Notes under the pieces: generated by a model
What the model was told of the DNA's origin: nothing
Seen by the model: the letters and a program-made list of their open reading frames with translations, nothing else
The model's database searches: none
Shown here: in pieces, positions 19,988 to 31,839 of the stretch
Layout of the letters: the number at the start of each line of letters is the position of its first letter
Position numbering within the stretch: the stretch's first letter is position 1
Program-made: the position numbers and the translations under genes
Assembly: GCA_018818205.1 (NCBI GenBank)
Contig: JAHISJ010000002.1
Coordinates: 3,895 to 67,894 of the forward strand
Direction: 5' to 3'
Length of the DNA stretch: 64,000 nt
From: Patescibacteria group bacterium
GTDB lineage: Bacteria > Patescibacteriota > JABMPQ01 > JAHIRA01

Positions 19988-20242
19988 ATGCAAGTGTTCC
20001 TAAGCAGGTATCACTCGGGTGAAAGTGATCCGCTGGGATACGACAGAGGTTGGTTTACTGAACGTGTTATTGATTTCTTTGACACACAGCACGGTTTGTC
20101 AAAGAAATTTACTTACACAAAGTGTTTTATTGATTCACAAATCGTTCATGAATTCCTTCGATTATTTCGTGATACAGAATTTAGTGAAGCTTATTCTCCA
20201 GACGGTAGGGTTTACTTGGGAAGCGCTGGCTTGTACGTATAA
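19988..20242 (+). CDS. hypothetical protein
   Basis: 84-aa ATG ORF filling an intergenic gap; weak support. Confidence 0.35.
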   Translation: MQVFLSRYHSGESDPLGYDRGWFTERVIDFFDTQHGLSKKFTYTKCFIDSQIVHEFLRLFRDTEFSEAYSPDGRVYLGSAGLYV

Positions 20243-20493
20243 TACTATAACAGCAAGGAAGCTGAAGAACCATTGTTTGAAGAGTAACATAGTTAGAGCT
20301 ACACACTTTTGAGAAATACAGTTATAATGATATGCACAGTGCGTATCATTTTTTTATAAAAAAAGTGAAATCTTTTTCCATGAAAATCATACGTATACAG
20401 TGTACCTTCAACGAGAAATGACATTGACAGAAAAACAAATTAACGATACGATACGCAATACATAACGTATAAGTCGAGTTAGATAAAAACATT

Positions 20494-20820
20494 ATGGCAA
20501 TTCCAAAACGGCGCAAATCAAGTTCAGCGCGTGACAAAAGACGCAGTCACTTGCATCTTGAGGAGCAAACAATTATTACCTGTTCTAACTGCGGTAAACA
20601 TGTTCTTCCCCATCATGCGTGTTTAGAATGTGGATATTATAAAGGGAAAAAGCAGGTAACCGTAGCCAGTGACAAAAAGGAAGATAAGGGAAAAGGAAAA
20701 AAGGAAGATAAGAAGAAAGACGTAAAAAAACGTGACAATAAAAAAGAGAACGAGCGCATAACTGACAAGAAACAACCTGAAGGCAAAAAACGACGTCTCT
20801 TTGCACGAAAAGCAACATAA
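20494..20820 (+). CDS. rpmF: 50S ribosomal protein L32 with a Lys-rich C-terminal extension
   Basis: MAIPKRRKSS...CSNCG...HHACLECGYYKG. Confidence 0.93.
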   Translation: MAIPKRRKSSSARDKRRSHLHLEEQTIITCSNCGKHVLPHHACLECGYYKGKKQVTVASDKKEDKGKGKKEDKKKDVKKRDNKKENERITDKKQPEGKKRRLFARKAT

Positions 20821-20835
20821 ATATAACGCAAAAGA

Positions 20836-21312
20836 ATGGCAAATAGGCACCTTCTTCGTACAATTGTTATGCAAACACTGTACGAATGGGACTTTTATGA
20901 AAAGGATTCTACACGGCTTAAGGATTTTGCAGAAAAAAATATTAAAGAATTTTCAGGCGAAACAGAAGACGTCGATTTTGTGTATGACACATTGGAAGGT
21001 ATTGCATCTCACTGTAAAGAGATAGATGACACCATAATCCAAGCTGCACCAGATTGGCCTATTGATCAAATCACCATGGTTGATAGAAACATCTTACGCA
21101 TCGGCGTGTATGAGCTTACGTATGCAGAAGATATTCCCGCAAAAGTAGCTATAAACGAGGCGATTGAACTAGCAAAGACGTTTGGCGGACGTTCTTCAGG
21201 GAAGTTTGTAAATGGCGTACTTGGAACCATATATCGTGAAATTGAGGCAAAAAGGAGCGAAGAAAAAAGAGAAGAACCTAAGGAGCAAGAAACTAAGGCT
21301 AAAGAGGAATAA
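20836..21312 (+). CDS. nusB: transcription antitermination factor NusB
   Basis: [17 protein letters not shown] and FVNGVL motifs. Confidence 0.95.
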   Translation: MANRHLLRTIVMQTLYEWDFYEKDSTRLKDFAEKNIKEFSGETEDVDFVYDTLEGIASHCKEIDDTIIQAAPDWPIDQITMVDRNILRIGVYELTYAEDIPAKVAINEAIELAKTFGGRSSGKFVNGVLGTIYREIEAKRSEEKREEPKEQETKAKEE

Positions 21313-21320
21313 GGCAAACA

Positions 21321-22034
21321 ATGGAAAAGGACTTTGACCAATTTGAAAAGCGTTTAGGGGTAATGTTTGAAAACAAAGACTTGTTAAAGCAAGCTGTTGT
21401 CCACCGGTCATATTTAAACGAGCACGAGGAATTTAAGCTCTCACACAATGAACGACTCGAGTTTCTTGGTGATGCCGTGTTAGAATTAGTGACTACCGAG
21501 TATCTTTTTAAAACCTATCCAAAAAGCCCTGAAGGCACTATGACCAACTGGCGTGCAGCGGTAGTAAACACTAATATGCTTGCCCAAGTATCAGAGTCTT
21601 TGGGAGTAAATGATTATCTGTATCTCTCAAAAGGTGAGGCGAAGGGAAGTCAAAAAGCGAGAGAGCTTATCTTGGCAAATGCGCTGGAAGCTATTATTGG
21701 TGCATGTTACTTGGATCAAGGATATGATGTCACCAAAAAGTTTATTGTTACCGAGATTCTTATTAAGCTAAAAGACATTATTAAAGAAAATACGTACATA
21801 GATCCAAAATCAAAACTCCAGGAAAAAACCCAGGAAGTGCTCAATGTGACACCAAGTTATAAAGTGCTTAAAGAAACCGGACCAGATCATAAGAAGCACT
21901 TTATTATAGGTGCATATGTAGATGATGAGAAAGTTGGAGAAGGAGAGGGATATTCTAAGCAGCAAGCGCAGGTTGCTGCTGCGAAAGATGCGATCAAAAA
22001 GAAGAAATTTCTAGAGGTTAAAGGGAAGGAATGA
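21321..22034 (+). CDS. rnc: ribonuclease III
   Basis: NERLEFLGDAVL signature plus a dsRBD. Confidence 0.96.
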   Translation: MEKDFDQFEKRLGVMFENKDLLKQAVVHRSYLNEHEEFKLSHNERLEFLGDAVLELVTTEYLFKTYPKSPEGTMTNWRAAVVNTNMLAQVSESLGVNDYLYLSKGEAKGSQKARELILANALEAIIGACYLDQGYDVTKKFIVTEILIKLKDIIKENTYIDPKSKLQEKTQEVLNVTPSYKVLKETGPDHKKHFIIGAYVDDEKVGEGEGYSKQQAQVAAAKDAIKKKKFLEVKGKE

Positions 22035-22516
22035 TTGAGGTTGTAGCAATACTAGCAACCATTATTTTGATACTTGCCGGCTTTGCCGGTCTTTTTGTGC
22101 CCTACCTTCCTGATGCGCCGCTTGTTTTTGGCGGCATTTTGCTGTTTGCTATTGCTGATGGGTTTGGACATGTTCATCCTGTTACTATCGTAGTGCTAGG
22201 GCTTATAACCCTTTTTGTAACTGTGATTGATCTTGTTGCAGCTGAACTGGGAGTAAAGAAACTTGGTGGTTCAACACTGGCGATGGTGCTTTCAATTGCA
22301 GGAGGCATTGTAGGGGTAATTGGATGGAATATAGCGGGGCTTATAGCAGGGACGTTTCTGGGCGCACTGTTAGGGGAGCTTATTAAAACAGGAGATATTA
22401 AGCAGTCGATTAAAGTAAGCGTTGGTTCACTTCTTGGATTCCTTGCTGGGACACTTTTTAAGGTTATTGTGATGGTTATTATGGTAGGGGTTTTTGTGGG
22501 AGCGTTGATTGTGTAA
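22031..22516 (+). CDS. DUF456 family membrane protein
   Basis: GLFVPYLP, KKLGGS and GALLGEL motifs; Gly-rich TM segments. Confidence 0.8.
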   Translation: MIEVVAILATIILILAGFAGLFVPYLPDAPLVFGGILLFAIADGFGHVHPVTIVVLGLITLFVTVIDLVAAELGVKKLGGSTLAMVLSIAGGIVGVIGWNIAGLIAGTFLGALLGELIKTGDIKQSIKVSVGSLLGFLAGTLFKVIVMVIMVGVFVGALIV

Positions 22517-22604
22517 TTGAAAATGGTACTCAATTTTGCTATACTATATTCTAGAAAAACTTGAACCTCTCAAGCAGTGTTAATAGTTACCAAAAATCTT
22601 TTTT

Positions 22605-25250
22605 ATGTATCTCGAAAAAATAGAAATTTCAGGATTTAAATCATTCGCAAAAAAGACAACGCTTGATTTTGCCTCAGGAATAAGTGCCATTGTTGGCCCT
22701 AACGGAAGCGGCAAGAGCAATATCGCCGATGCTATTAGGTGGGTCTTGGGCGAGCAAAGCATGAAGACGCTTCGCGGCAAAAAGTCAGACGATGTTATTT
22801 TTGCGGGGACGGATGCTGCCGGCAGACTTGGCGTGGCGGAAGTTTCTTTGCATTTGAATAATCAAGACAAATCATTCCCTGTCGATTTTGAAAAAGCAGT
22901 CGTGACAAGACGAATTTTTAGAGATGGCGAAGGGGAGTACCTAATCAACAAGAGTAAGGTACGTCTTTTAGACGTACATCAATTACTGGCGCAAGCGGGG
23001 TTTGGACAAAAAACGTACGGAGTTATTGGTCAGGGCATGATAGACAATCTTATCAAGGCAACACCGGCAGAACTTAAGGAAATATTTTACGATGCATGTG
23101 GGGTGAGAGCACTCCAGATTAAAAAAACTATTTCACAAAATAAGCTAGGTGCAACTAAACAAAACCTTGAACGCGGCGGGGATTTAATCAAAGAAATCGA
23201 GCCGAGACTTAAAACATTAAAAAGACAAGCAAAAAAAGCAGAGCAAAAAAAGGAGCTCACATCAGAAAAAGAAGAGATTTTCTTTATGTATTATGGACAT
23301 GTATTTAATACGGTGATGGCAGGAGAATCAGCACTAGATTCAAAAATCGATTCTGCACGGAAAAATGAAAATGAGATGGCACGGACGATCCAAGACATCG
23401 ATAAAAAAATTGATGCTGGGGAAAAAACACACGATACATCTAAACGTGATGCACTGGTGGTGGAAATCGAGTCGATCAAAAGAAAACGAGATGAGAGCAA
23501 CCAAAAACTCTATGTCATCAAAGGGAAAATAGAGCTTGAAAAAGAGCGTAGGACGGACAGCAATGTAGTGAGACTCAAAGAAGAGCAGGAAAAAACAAAA
23601 AGTCTGATAAAAGAAGCGCAGGGAGAATATAAAAAATCTGAAAAAGAAACAGCTCGTCTTGACGGGGAACTTTCTAAGATTATTGGTGAACAAGAAAAGA
23701 TTACGATGCTTATTCAAAAAACAAAAAACACCATTCAAGAAACAGAAAAAAAGATACAAGAAGCCGAGACGGGTGTTTCATTTGAGGACGTAGAAAAAGA
23801 ACTGACTACGCTAGTAGCAAATAGTACAAAAATATCAGAAGCGCTGGGTAGTACAAAAGATGTTCATTTGATTAAGAAAAACATCACTTTGTTTAATACG
23901 TCTCTGAGAAAACTCCTAAAATCAGTTAAAAACAGGCACGGAGATGCAAAACTTGAATCTTTTTTGCGAGAGCTCCACAGCGTAGCAACAAAACAGTATG
24001 AAGACAGAAATAAAAAGATGTCTCGTATTAATGAAGTTAAAGTAGCTCATGCAGTGTCAAAAAATAAACGCGACACCATTAAGCGTGAGATAGATCGCTA
24101 TGGAAGAGAGCTGCAAACACTTTTAGACACCATCCAAAAAAAGGAAGAAGAAGCCAAGGAAGATAGTGGAGAAACCAAGGAGTTGCTAGAGACACAAGAG
24201 AAGCTAGAAAAGGAAATAGCAGGAATAACTGGGGAAATTGAAACGCATGGAAAACACCTTGTAGTACTCAGTAAGGACGATGAAGAGAGAAGAAAAGCGT
24301 TTATGCTTTTGGAAAAGCACTACCGGGAATGTCAGCGGACGCTCAATGCTTGCAAAGATGACATTAGGTCACTTGAAATCCAAAAAGCAGCACTGGAGCA
24401 AAAGCGGAAACAACTGCTTTATGAAATAGGGGAAGACAAAGGATACGACTATATTGATGAATTCAGAAAAAAGTGTGAAAAAAACGCTCCCTCTCTTTCC
24501 AAAGAAAAGGAAAAAGAATATGGGAAACGGCTGGAGACAATTAATCACAGGCTGCAAGGCATTGGGGTGATTGATGAAGAAATGGTACACGAGTATCTTG
24601 AGACTAAGAAACGTTATGACTTCTTAACAAAGCAAAGCAGTGATCTTACAGAGGCAAAATCTAAACTGCTTGCCGTTATTGATGAGCTAAATAACAAAAT
24701 TGATCAAAGATTTAATTCTGGGTTTAATACTATTGGAAAGCATTTTCAAGAGTATTTTAAGACACTCTTTGGTGGTGGAAAGGCGCAGCTTAAAAAAGTA
24801 ATTGTTCATAGGGGTGAAAATGACGATTCCTCTGATATACTTTCAGGAAACCATGAAACAAAGAGAGACGTAGTTATTGAGGTTAAGGCAAACCCTCCGG
24901 GGAAGAAACTGAGAGATCTTTCTATGCTCTCCGGTGGTGAGCGAGCGCTCGCTTCTATTGCACTTCTCCTTGCTATTATTGAGAATAATCCTCCTCCGTT
25001 TATTGTGCTTGATGAGGTAGATGCTGCGCTTGATGAAGCTAACTCTCATAGATTTGCTCAGATAATTCAAGAGGCTTCTTCTAAATCTCAGGTGCTTGCA
25101 ATTACTCACAATAGAGCAACTATGAATATGTCTGAACTGCTCTACGGAGTAACCATGGAAGAAAGCGGAATTTCTAAAATTCTCTCGGTAAAACTTGAGG
25201 AAGCGGAGCATTTGAGAAAAAAAGCAGAAAAACCGGTAAGAGTGTCTTGA
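22605..25250 (+). CDS. smc: chromosome segregation protein SMC (short form)
   Basis: GFKSF, GPNGSGKSN, LSGGE and LDEVDAALD motifs; coiled coils. Confidence 0.92.
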   Translation: MYLEKIEISGFKSFAKKTTLDFASGISAIVGPNGSGKSNIADAIRWVLGEQSMKTLRGKKSDDVIFAGTDAAGRLGVAEVSLHLNNQDKSFPVDFEKAVVTRRIFRDGEGEYLINKSKVRLLDVHQLLAQAGFGQKTYGVIGQGMIDNLIKATPAELKEIFYDACGVRALQIKKTISQNKLGATKQNLERGGDLIKEIEPRLKTLKRQAKKAEQKKELTSEKEEIFFMYYGHVFNTVMAGESALDSKIDSARKNENEMARTIQDIDKKIDAGEKTHDTSKRDALVVEIESIKRKRDESNQKLYVIKGKIELEKERRTDSNVVRLKEEQEKTKSLIKEAQGEYKKSEKETARLDGELSKIIGEQEKITMLIQKTKNTIQETEKKIQEAETGVSFEDVEKELTTLVANSTKISEALGSTKDVHLIKKNITLFNTSLRKLLKSVKNRHGDAKLESFLRELHSVATKQYEDRNKKMSRINEVKVAHAVSKNKRDTIKREIDRYGRELQTLLDTIQKKEEEAKEDSGETKELLETQEKLEKEIAGITGEIETHGKHLVVLSKDDEERRKAFMLLEKHYRECQRTLNACKDDIRSLEIQKAALEQKRKQLLYEIGEDKGYDYIDEFRKKCEKNAPSLSKEKEKEYGKRLETINHRLQGIGVIDEEMVHEYLETKKRYDFLTKQSSDLTEAKSKLLAVIDELNNKIDQRFNSGFNTIGKHFQEYFKTLFGGGKAQLKKVIVHRGENDDSSDILSGNHETKRDVVIEVKANPPGKKLRDLSMLSGGERALASIALLLAIIENNPPPFIVLDEVDAALDEANSHRFAQIIQEASSKSQVLAITHNRATMNMSELLYGVTMEESGISKILSVKLEEAEHLRKKAEKPVRVS

Positions 25251-25309
25251 CTTTACGCCAAATATTATTTACAGTACTTAAAGATTAGTATTAATAAGAG
25301 ATTATACAC

Positions 25310-25924
25310 ATGTTGACTATTCGACTTAACAGAGTGGGAAAACGAAATCATGCCGCGTTTCGAGTGGTGGTAATGGATCACAAAAGAGCGACGGATGCGA
25401 AATTTGTAGACCATATTGGTTACTACGATCCGCACGATCAAAAAGAGCCGTTTCATGTTGATGCAGAAAAAGCAGCGTATTGGATTAGCAAAGGGGCAAA
25501 AGCCTCAACAACTGTTGCATCATTTTTGAACAAAATGGATATTGGCGTAGTGGCACCAGTACGAAAGAAGAAGACAACTAAGCCAAAAAAGAAGGACGAA
25601 GAAGCAAAAAAAGAATCGGCAGAAAAGCAGCCAGACAAGAGAGAAATAGAAGAGAAGACTGAAGAGAAGACTGAAGAGAAGACTGAAGAGAAGACTGAAG
25701 AGAAGACTGAAGAGAAGACTGAAGAGAAGAAAGAGCCACCAGTTGAGGAAAAGAAGGCCGAGACAGAAGACGCTCCTGACAACAAAGGAGAGAAAGAAAA
25801 GCCAAAAAATGACGAGAAAAAAGAAGTAGTAGTAGAAAAAAAAGCCGTTCAAGGCTCTGACGAGCCATCAGACTCTGGAAGAGAGCCAAAGTCTGAAAAA
25901 GGAAAAGACAAGCAAGACAGATAA
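25310..25924 (+). CDS. rpsP: 30S ribosomal protein S16 with a long charged tail
   Basis: MLTIRLNRVGKRN...GYYDP...YWISKGAKAS. Confidence 0.93.
   Translation: MLTIRLNRVGKRNHAAFRVVVMDHKRATDAKFVDHIGYYDPHDQKEPFHVDAEKAAYWISKGAKASTTVASFLNKMDIGVVAPVRKKKTTKPKKKDEEAKKESAEKQPDKREIEEKTEEKTEEKTEEKTEEKTEEKTEEKKEPPVEEKKAETEDAPDNKGEKEKPKNDEKKEVVVEKKAVQGSDEPSDSGREPKSEKGKDKQDR
25649..25730 (+). repeat. 12-bp tandem repeat GAAGAGAAGACT, six copies plus a partial (EEKT repeats in S16)
   Basis: Read directly from the sequence. Confidence 0.95.
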
Positions 25925-26000
25925 GTGATATTGACTTTTACAGTCGTATATGTTATTTTGGAAGTGATTAGTACTTTATTAGTAAACGTAACTTAAAGCA

Positions 26001-26375
26001 ATGGCAGATCAGAACCTGGATCTAGAATTTGTCGACTACGTTGTCAAAGCGCTCGTTGACAACCCAGACAAAGTAGCAATCAATCGAGAAATCGACGAAA
26101 TGGGCGTGTTACTTACTCTTACCGTTGACCCTTCAGACATGGGACAAATCATCGGTAGACAAGGCCAAACTGCAAAGGCTATAAGAACTCTTCTTAAGGT
26201 CGTTGGTGCAAAGAACAACGCACGAGTTAATCTCAAGATTAACGAGCCAGAAGGGTCAAAGAGATCTCCACGTGGAGACGAAGCAAAACCTGAAGGCAGT
26301 GCCCCCGCAGCTCCAGCTCCAGCAGCTCCTGCAGCAGAGGCTGATACCTCAATGGTTGATGATCTCAATCTCTAA
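26001..26375 (+). CDS. khpA: KH domain RNA-binding protein KhpA
   Basis: DMGQIIGRQGQTAKAIR; lies between rpsP and trmD. Confidence 0.9.
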   Translation: MADQNLDLEFVDYVVKALVDNPDKVAINREIDEMGVLLTLTVDPSDMGQIIGRQGQTAKAIRTLLKVVGAKNNARVNLKINEPEGSKRSPRGDEAKPEGSAPAAPAPAAPAAEADTSMVDDLNL

Positions 26376-26401
26376 AGATAGTTATCATTTGTATAGTGAA
26401 C

Positions 26402-26427
26402 AAACCCCGCTTAAAAGCGGGGTTTTA
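26402..26427 (+). terminator. intrinsic terminator
   Basis: AAACCCCGC-TTAAAA-GCGGGGTTTT. Confidence 0.7.
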
Positions 26428-26498
26428 GTTGCCGTAAATAATATCACATGATATTATTTTGGCATCGCATTCAATGAATACATGTGATAATGATATTT

Positions 26499-27182
26499 AT
26501 GCGTTTCAACATCATAACAATCTTTCCTGATATTATCGATTCGTACACAAACGAATCGATTCTTAAGCGTGCCAAAGAAAAAAACCTCATTGAGGTAAAC
26601 GCAATAAACCTACGAGATTTTACCGAGGACAAACATAAAACTACTGACGATGCTCCCTATGGCGGAGGTCCTGGAATGGTGATGAAGGTGGAACCGATAT
26701 GTAAGGCGATACAACATGTAAGGGCGGGTGTAAAGGCGCAAGATTTTGCGTCTCGACAGGCGGTCATCCTCCTCTCCCCGCAAGGTGCTACCTTCACCCA
26801 AAAGAAGGCCCAAGAATTTTCAAAACTCGAAGAGATTACTTTTATTTGCGGGCGTTACGAGGGCTTTGACGCACGAGTCTCCGAATTTGTCGATGAAGAA
26901 ATATCCATTGGCAACTACGTACTTTCTGGAGGAGAGCTCCCGGCACTCGTTATCACCGAGGCTGTTTCCAGATTGATTCCTGGTGTTCTTGGAGATCAGG
27001 AATCATCAGTAGAAGAAACGTTTTCTAAAAGCGATAATTATATTGAGTATCCGCACTATACGCGTCCGGAGGTGTTTGAGGTTGATGAAAAAAAGTATTC
27101 AGTACCGGAAATACTTCTTTCAGGAGATCATGAGAAAATAAAAAAATGGCGAGAAAAGAATGCTCAAAAGAAAAAAGAATAA
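26499..27182 (+). CDS. trmD: tRNA (guanine-N1)-methyltransferase TrmD
   Basis: DDAPYGGGPGMVM, CGRYEG, SIGNYVLSGGE and YPHYTRP motifs. Confidence 0.96.
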   Translation: MRFNIITIFPDIIDSYTNESILKRAKEKNLIEVNAINLRDFTEDKHKTTDDAPYGGGPGMVMKVEPICKAIQHVRAGVKAQDFASRQAVILLSPQGATFTQKKAQEFSKLEEITFICGRYEGFDARVSEFVDEEISIGNYVLSGGELPALVITEAVSRLIPGVLGDQESSVEETFSKSDNYIEYPHYTRPEVFEVDEKKYSVPEILLSGDHEKIKKWREKNAQKKKE

Positions 27183-27242
27183 AATTTTTATTCCAAATGT
27201 GTACAATCTGTGCACAACTATCAAAAAAACTCATCAAAGTTC

Positions 27243-27271
27243 TTGACACTTAAAAATTGCTATAGTATATT
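27243..27271 (+). promoter_or_regulatory. rRNA promoter
   Basis: TTGACA-17 bp-TATATT about 130 nt upstream of the 16S gene. Confidence 0.75.
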
Positions 27272-27400
27272 GAGTAGTGCTCGCAATGGAACGTACGTTT
27301 AACAATTGAATAGTGATAAGAAACCACAAAGTTTTACTGTTCTTTTCAAAAATAGTACTTGAGCTACACTACTACATCCCGTGTAGTAGCAGCAAGCTTT

Positions 27401-28987
<1,587 letters not shown>

Positions 28988-29085
28988 TAGGGATAATTCT
29001 AGCATCCCAAGGTCGGAACTTGTTTCAAGGAAATGCACATTACATGTGCGCTGGTGTTCTTATCACTATTCAGCGGTTAAGCAAG

Positions 29086-29112
29086 AAAAACCGCTCATAG
29101 CGGCTTTTTTTT
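29086..29112 (+). terminator. terminator after the 16S rRNA
   Basis: CCGCT-CAT-AGCGG hairpin followed by T8. Confidence 0.65.
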
Positions 29113-29156
29113 ATGCACATATTTTGCTATAATTGAGTAAAATAATAGCAAAAACT

Positions 29157-29468
29157 ATGCTTACACAAAAGAAAAGAAAATCCAAAAAAGGAGCACATAT
29201 CAAACTCAAGCAGTATGAAGAAAAAATTGGTTATGAGGCAAAAGAAGTTTTTGTCGGCAATAGAACCATTTTTTCGGTCACCGGATTCGTGGTTGGTGGT
29301 ATTTTAATTGGACGATCACTGTGGGAGTATGGCAATGATTATATTGGTCTCCCGTTAACAATTGTCACAGGTGTTCTTCTTATTTTAGTGAGTGGTGTTG
29401 CGCTTGGTCATTTTCATAGTGATTCCTCTTCTGACATCCTTGGGATTGAGAAGAAAAGCAAAAAGTAG
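29157..29468 (+). CDS. hypothetical two-TM membrane protein
   Basis: Basic N-terminus plus two hydrophobic segments; TATAAT upstream. Confidence 0.6.
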   Translation: MLTQKKRKSKKGAHIKLKQYEEKIGYEAKEVFVGNRTIFSVTGFVVGGILIGRSLWEYGNDYIGLPLTIVTGVLLILVSGVALGHFHSDSSSDILGIEKKSKK

Positions 29469-29555
29469 AGGCTCTTGTCAGTGTATATCCTGTGTGATAC
29501 CATGATTTCACAAAGACTTATTTGTCTGTAGAATTGGAATTTGCATATAAATAAT

Positions 29556-29632
29556 GGGCGATTAGCTCAGTTGGTTAGAGCGCGTCACTGATAATGACGA
29601 GGTCCCAGGTTCAAATCCTGGATCGCCCACCA
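29556..29632 (+). tRNA. tRNA-Ile(GAT)
   Basis: GGGCGATTAGCTCAG...CTGATAA...GGTTCAAATCC...CGCCCACCA cloverleaf. Confidence 0.97.
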
Positions 29633-29772
29633 TTCGACAGGCTCATGGTGTTTCACCACGTTTAGGACATTTGAAAATCGCAGTACCATTTTTACCAGTA
29701 CGATTGATTTACTGATGAATCAACCTCACTGGCAAACGTGTTATGTTTTTAAAAAAACTAACTACAAAAGAC

Positions 29773-30027
29773 ATGGGGCTGTTTGGGAGAATAGTTGTTG
29801 GACTTCTGGGTATAGCCTTTGGGGTGTTTTTAGCGTGGAAGCATGAATGGTTCATGAACACGTTTGGCAGGATTGCTACCATTGAGCGTGTTTTTGGCTC
29901 CTTTGGAGGGAATAGGGTCTTTTATATTCTGCTTGGTGTTCTTATTGCCCTTGGCTCTGTTCTTTACATGACAGGGGCCTTGCAAGGAATGCTTTCAGGT
30001 TTTTTTGGGTCGATATTTGGGAGATAA
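29773..30027 (+). CDS. small hypothetical membrane protein
   Basis: Two TM segments with a FGRIATIERVFGSFGG loop; start codon uncertain. Confidence 0.65.
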   Translation: MGLFGRIVVGLLGIAFGVFLAWKHEWFMNTFGRIATIERVFGSFGGNRVFYILLGVLIALGSVLYMTGALQGMLSGFFGSIFGR

Positions 30028-30179
30028 AATTAAAAGAGAATACGATTTTGACGCGTAGGCGTCCTTTTTTGTACAGTTTATTTTACAGACTTGCTTTGGT
30101 GTTCGAGCTTTTTTTATTGCTGAACCTAAGGGGAATTGCTACCATAACGATACACGAAGCCTTATTGAATACGTAGAAA

Positions 30180-31127
30180 ATGGAAAATCAAAAAAAGAAT
30201 ACAGATATTTCTGTTGTTGTCCCGGTGTACAGCTGTGCACGCTGTCTTCCTGAATTATGTGAGAGACTGACAAAAACCCTAAAAACTATTTCTCAGAATT
30301 TTGAGATTCTGCTTATTAATGATGCCAGCCCGGACGACTCCTGGGCAGTTATCGCTCAACTTGCGAGGGATGATCAAAGAATACGAGGCATTAATTTATC
30401 ACGAAATTTTGGGCAGCATTCTGCAATAACCGCTGGGCTCGATCATGTGTGTGGAGAATGGACAGTTGTAATGGATTGTGACTTGCAGGATCAGCCGGAG
30501 GAGATTTTAAAACTCTACAACAAAGCACAAGAAGGATATGACGTAGTTCTTGGGAGGAGGCATGAAAGAAAAGATACGCAGTTCAAAAAAGCAAGCTCTC
30601 GTGCGTTTTATAAAACGTTTAACTATTTTTCAGGGACCAAAACAACTGCAGAGGTAGCCAATTTCTGTATCTGTTCAAAAAATGTTGTTCAAAACATACG
30701 AAAGTTTAAAGAACAAAATCGATTTTTCCCACATTTCCTTGCGTGGATGGGATTTGATACAGCGTATGTTAACGTAGAACATGCAAAGAGAGCTCATGAT
30801 AAATCGTCTTATACCTTAAAAAAACTCTTTACTCTTGGATTCAATAATCTTGTTGCCTATTCAAACAAGCCACTGAGATTTTCTATTATCTTTGGATTTA
30901 TCGTGGCGCTCGTGTCGCTTATTTTTGCGGTATACCTGGTCGTAAAGTATATTTTCTTGGGTATTTCGGTATCTGGCTGGACGAGTGTTATGGTATCTAT
31001 TTGGTTTACCTCAGGACTTATTATAGCGAGTATTGGCATGGTAGGCTTGTATGTAGGACGAATATTTGATGAGACAAAAAGAAGACCACTCTACATAGTT
31101 AAAGAAGTAACAACAAAACAGGAATGA
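30180..31127 (+). CDS. GT2 polyprenol-phosphate glycosyltransferase (GtrB/ArnC-like)
   Basis: NDASPD, LSRNFGQHSA, MDCDLQD, two C-terminal TMs and RPLYIV. Confidence 0.9.
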   Translation: MENQKKNTDISVVVPVYSCARCLPELCERLTKTLKTISQNFEILLINDASPDDSWAVIAQLARDDQRIRGINLSRNFGQHSAITAGLDHVCGEWTVVMDCDLQDQPEEILKLYNKAQEGYDVVLGRRHERKDTQFKKASSRAFYKTFNYFSGTKTTAEVANFCICSKNVVQNIRKFKEQNRFFPHFLAWMGFDTAYVNVEHAKRAHDKSSYTLKKLFTLGFNNLVAYSNKPLRFSIIFGFIVALVSLIFAVYLVVKYIFLGISVSGWTSVMVSIWFTSGLIIASIGMVGLYVGRIFDETKRRPLYIVKEVTTKQE

Positions 31128-31834
31128 CGCTTAATCTAATGAAGTTGGATTGGGACTCGGAATTCTTTGGACATACTATTGCTGAATTGTCAGGTTCAGT
31201 GTCTCGTAGTGGACTGGAGGCCGTTTTAAATGAAGCAAAAAAGAGTTCAATTGAGCTTATCCAGGCATGTGTTGACTTATCTGATGTTGACCAAATCAAT
31301 ATGCTAGAGGAAAACGGGTTTCTTTTTTGGGAGACAAAAGTGACATATGAAAAAAAACTATCATTAGAAAAAAAAGAAAAACCCCAGTATATTGAAGCGC
31401 AAGAAAATAACGTTCCTGCATTGCAAAACATAGCCAGTCAGGTTTTTGTTGATAGCAAATACTATGCAGTAGGCTTTGACAAGAAAAAAGTGGATACGCT
31501 CTACGAGGTGTGGGTAGAAAAAGCAGTAAAAGGAACCTTTGATGATTTTTGTCTTATACATCAAGACGAAGATGACATTTTAGGGTTTATTACTGCAAAA
31601 ATACTAGATAAAAAAACTGCTCGTATTGGTTTAATAGGAGTTGACCCACGGCATCAAAGCAAAGGAACAGGTACACAGCTCCTTTTATCTCTTGATGCTA
31701 AGCTTGCCGAAGAAGGAATTGAAAAAATTCAGGTTTCTACGCAAGGGAAGAATGTAGTAGCAAACAACTTTTACATCAAGAATAGTTTTTATCTCAAAGA
31801 ATCTCATGTATGGCTTTATAAGAAAATAATCTAA
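31124..31834 (+). CDS. wecD: dTDP-4-amino-4,6-dideoxygalactose acetyltransferase-like GNAT (WecD/RffC)
   Basis: LDWDSEFFG, WVEKAVKGTFD and VSTQGKNVVA motifs; near wecE. Confidence 0.75.
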   Translation: MTLNLMKLDWDSEFFGHTIAELSGSVSRSGLEAVLNEAKKSSIELIQACVDLSDVDQINMLEENGFLFWETKVTYEKKLSLEKKEKPQYIEAQENNVPALQNIASQVFVDSKYYAVGFDKKKVDTLYEVWVEKAVKGTFDDFCLIHQDEDDILGFITAKILDKKTARIGLIGVDPRHQSKGTGTQLLLSLDAKLAEEGIEKIQVSTQGKNVVANNFYIKNSFYLKESHVWLYKKII

Positions 31835-31839
31835 ACAAA

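Noticed and set aside
20455-20485. CATAACGTATAAGTCGAGTTAG resembling a dif site
   Set aside because: The left arm and spacer are similar, but the conserved XerD arm TTATGTTAAAT is missing.
25649-25730. Tandem repeat as a possible CRISPR array
   Set aside because: The units are 12 bp, contiguous, lack spacers and lie in frame within rpsP. No CRISPR array or cas gene was seen in the window.
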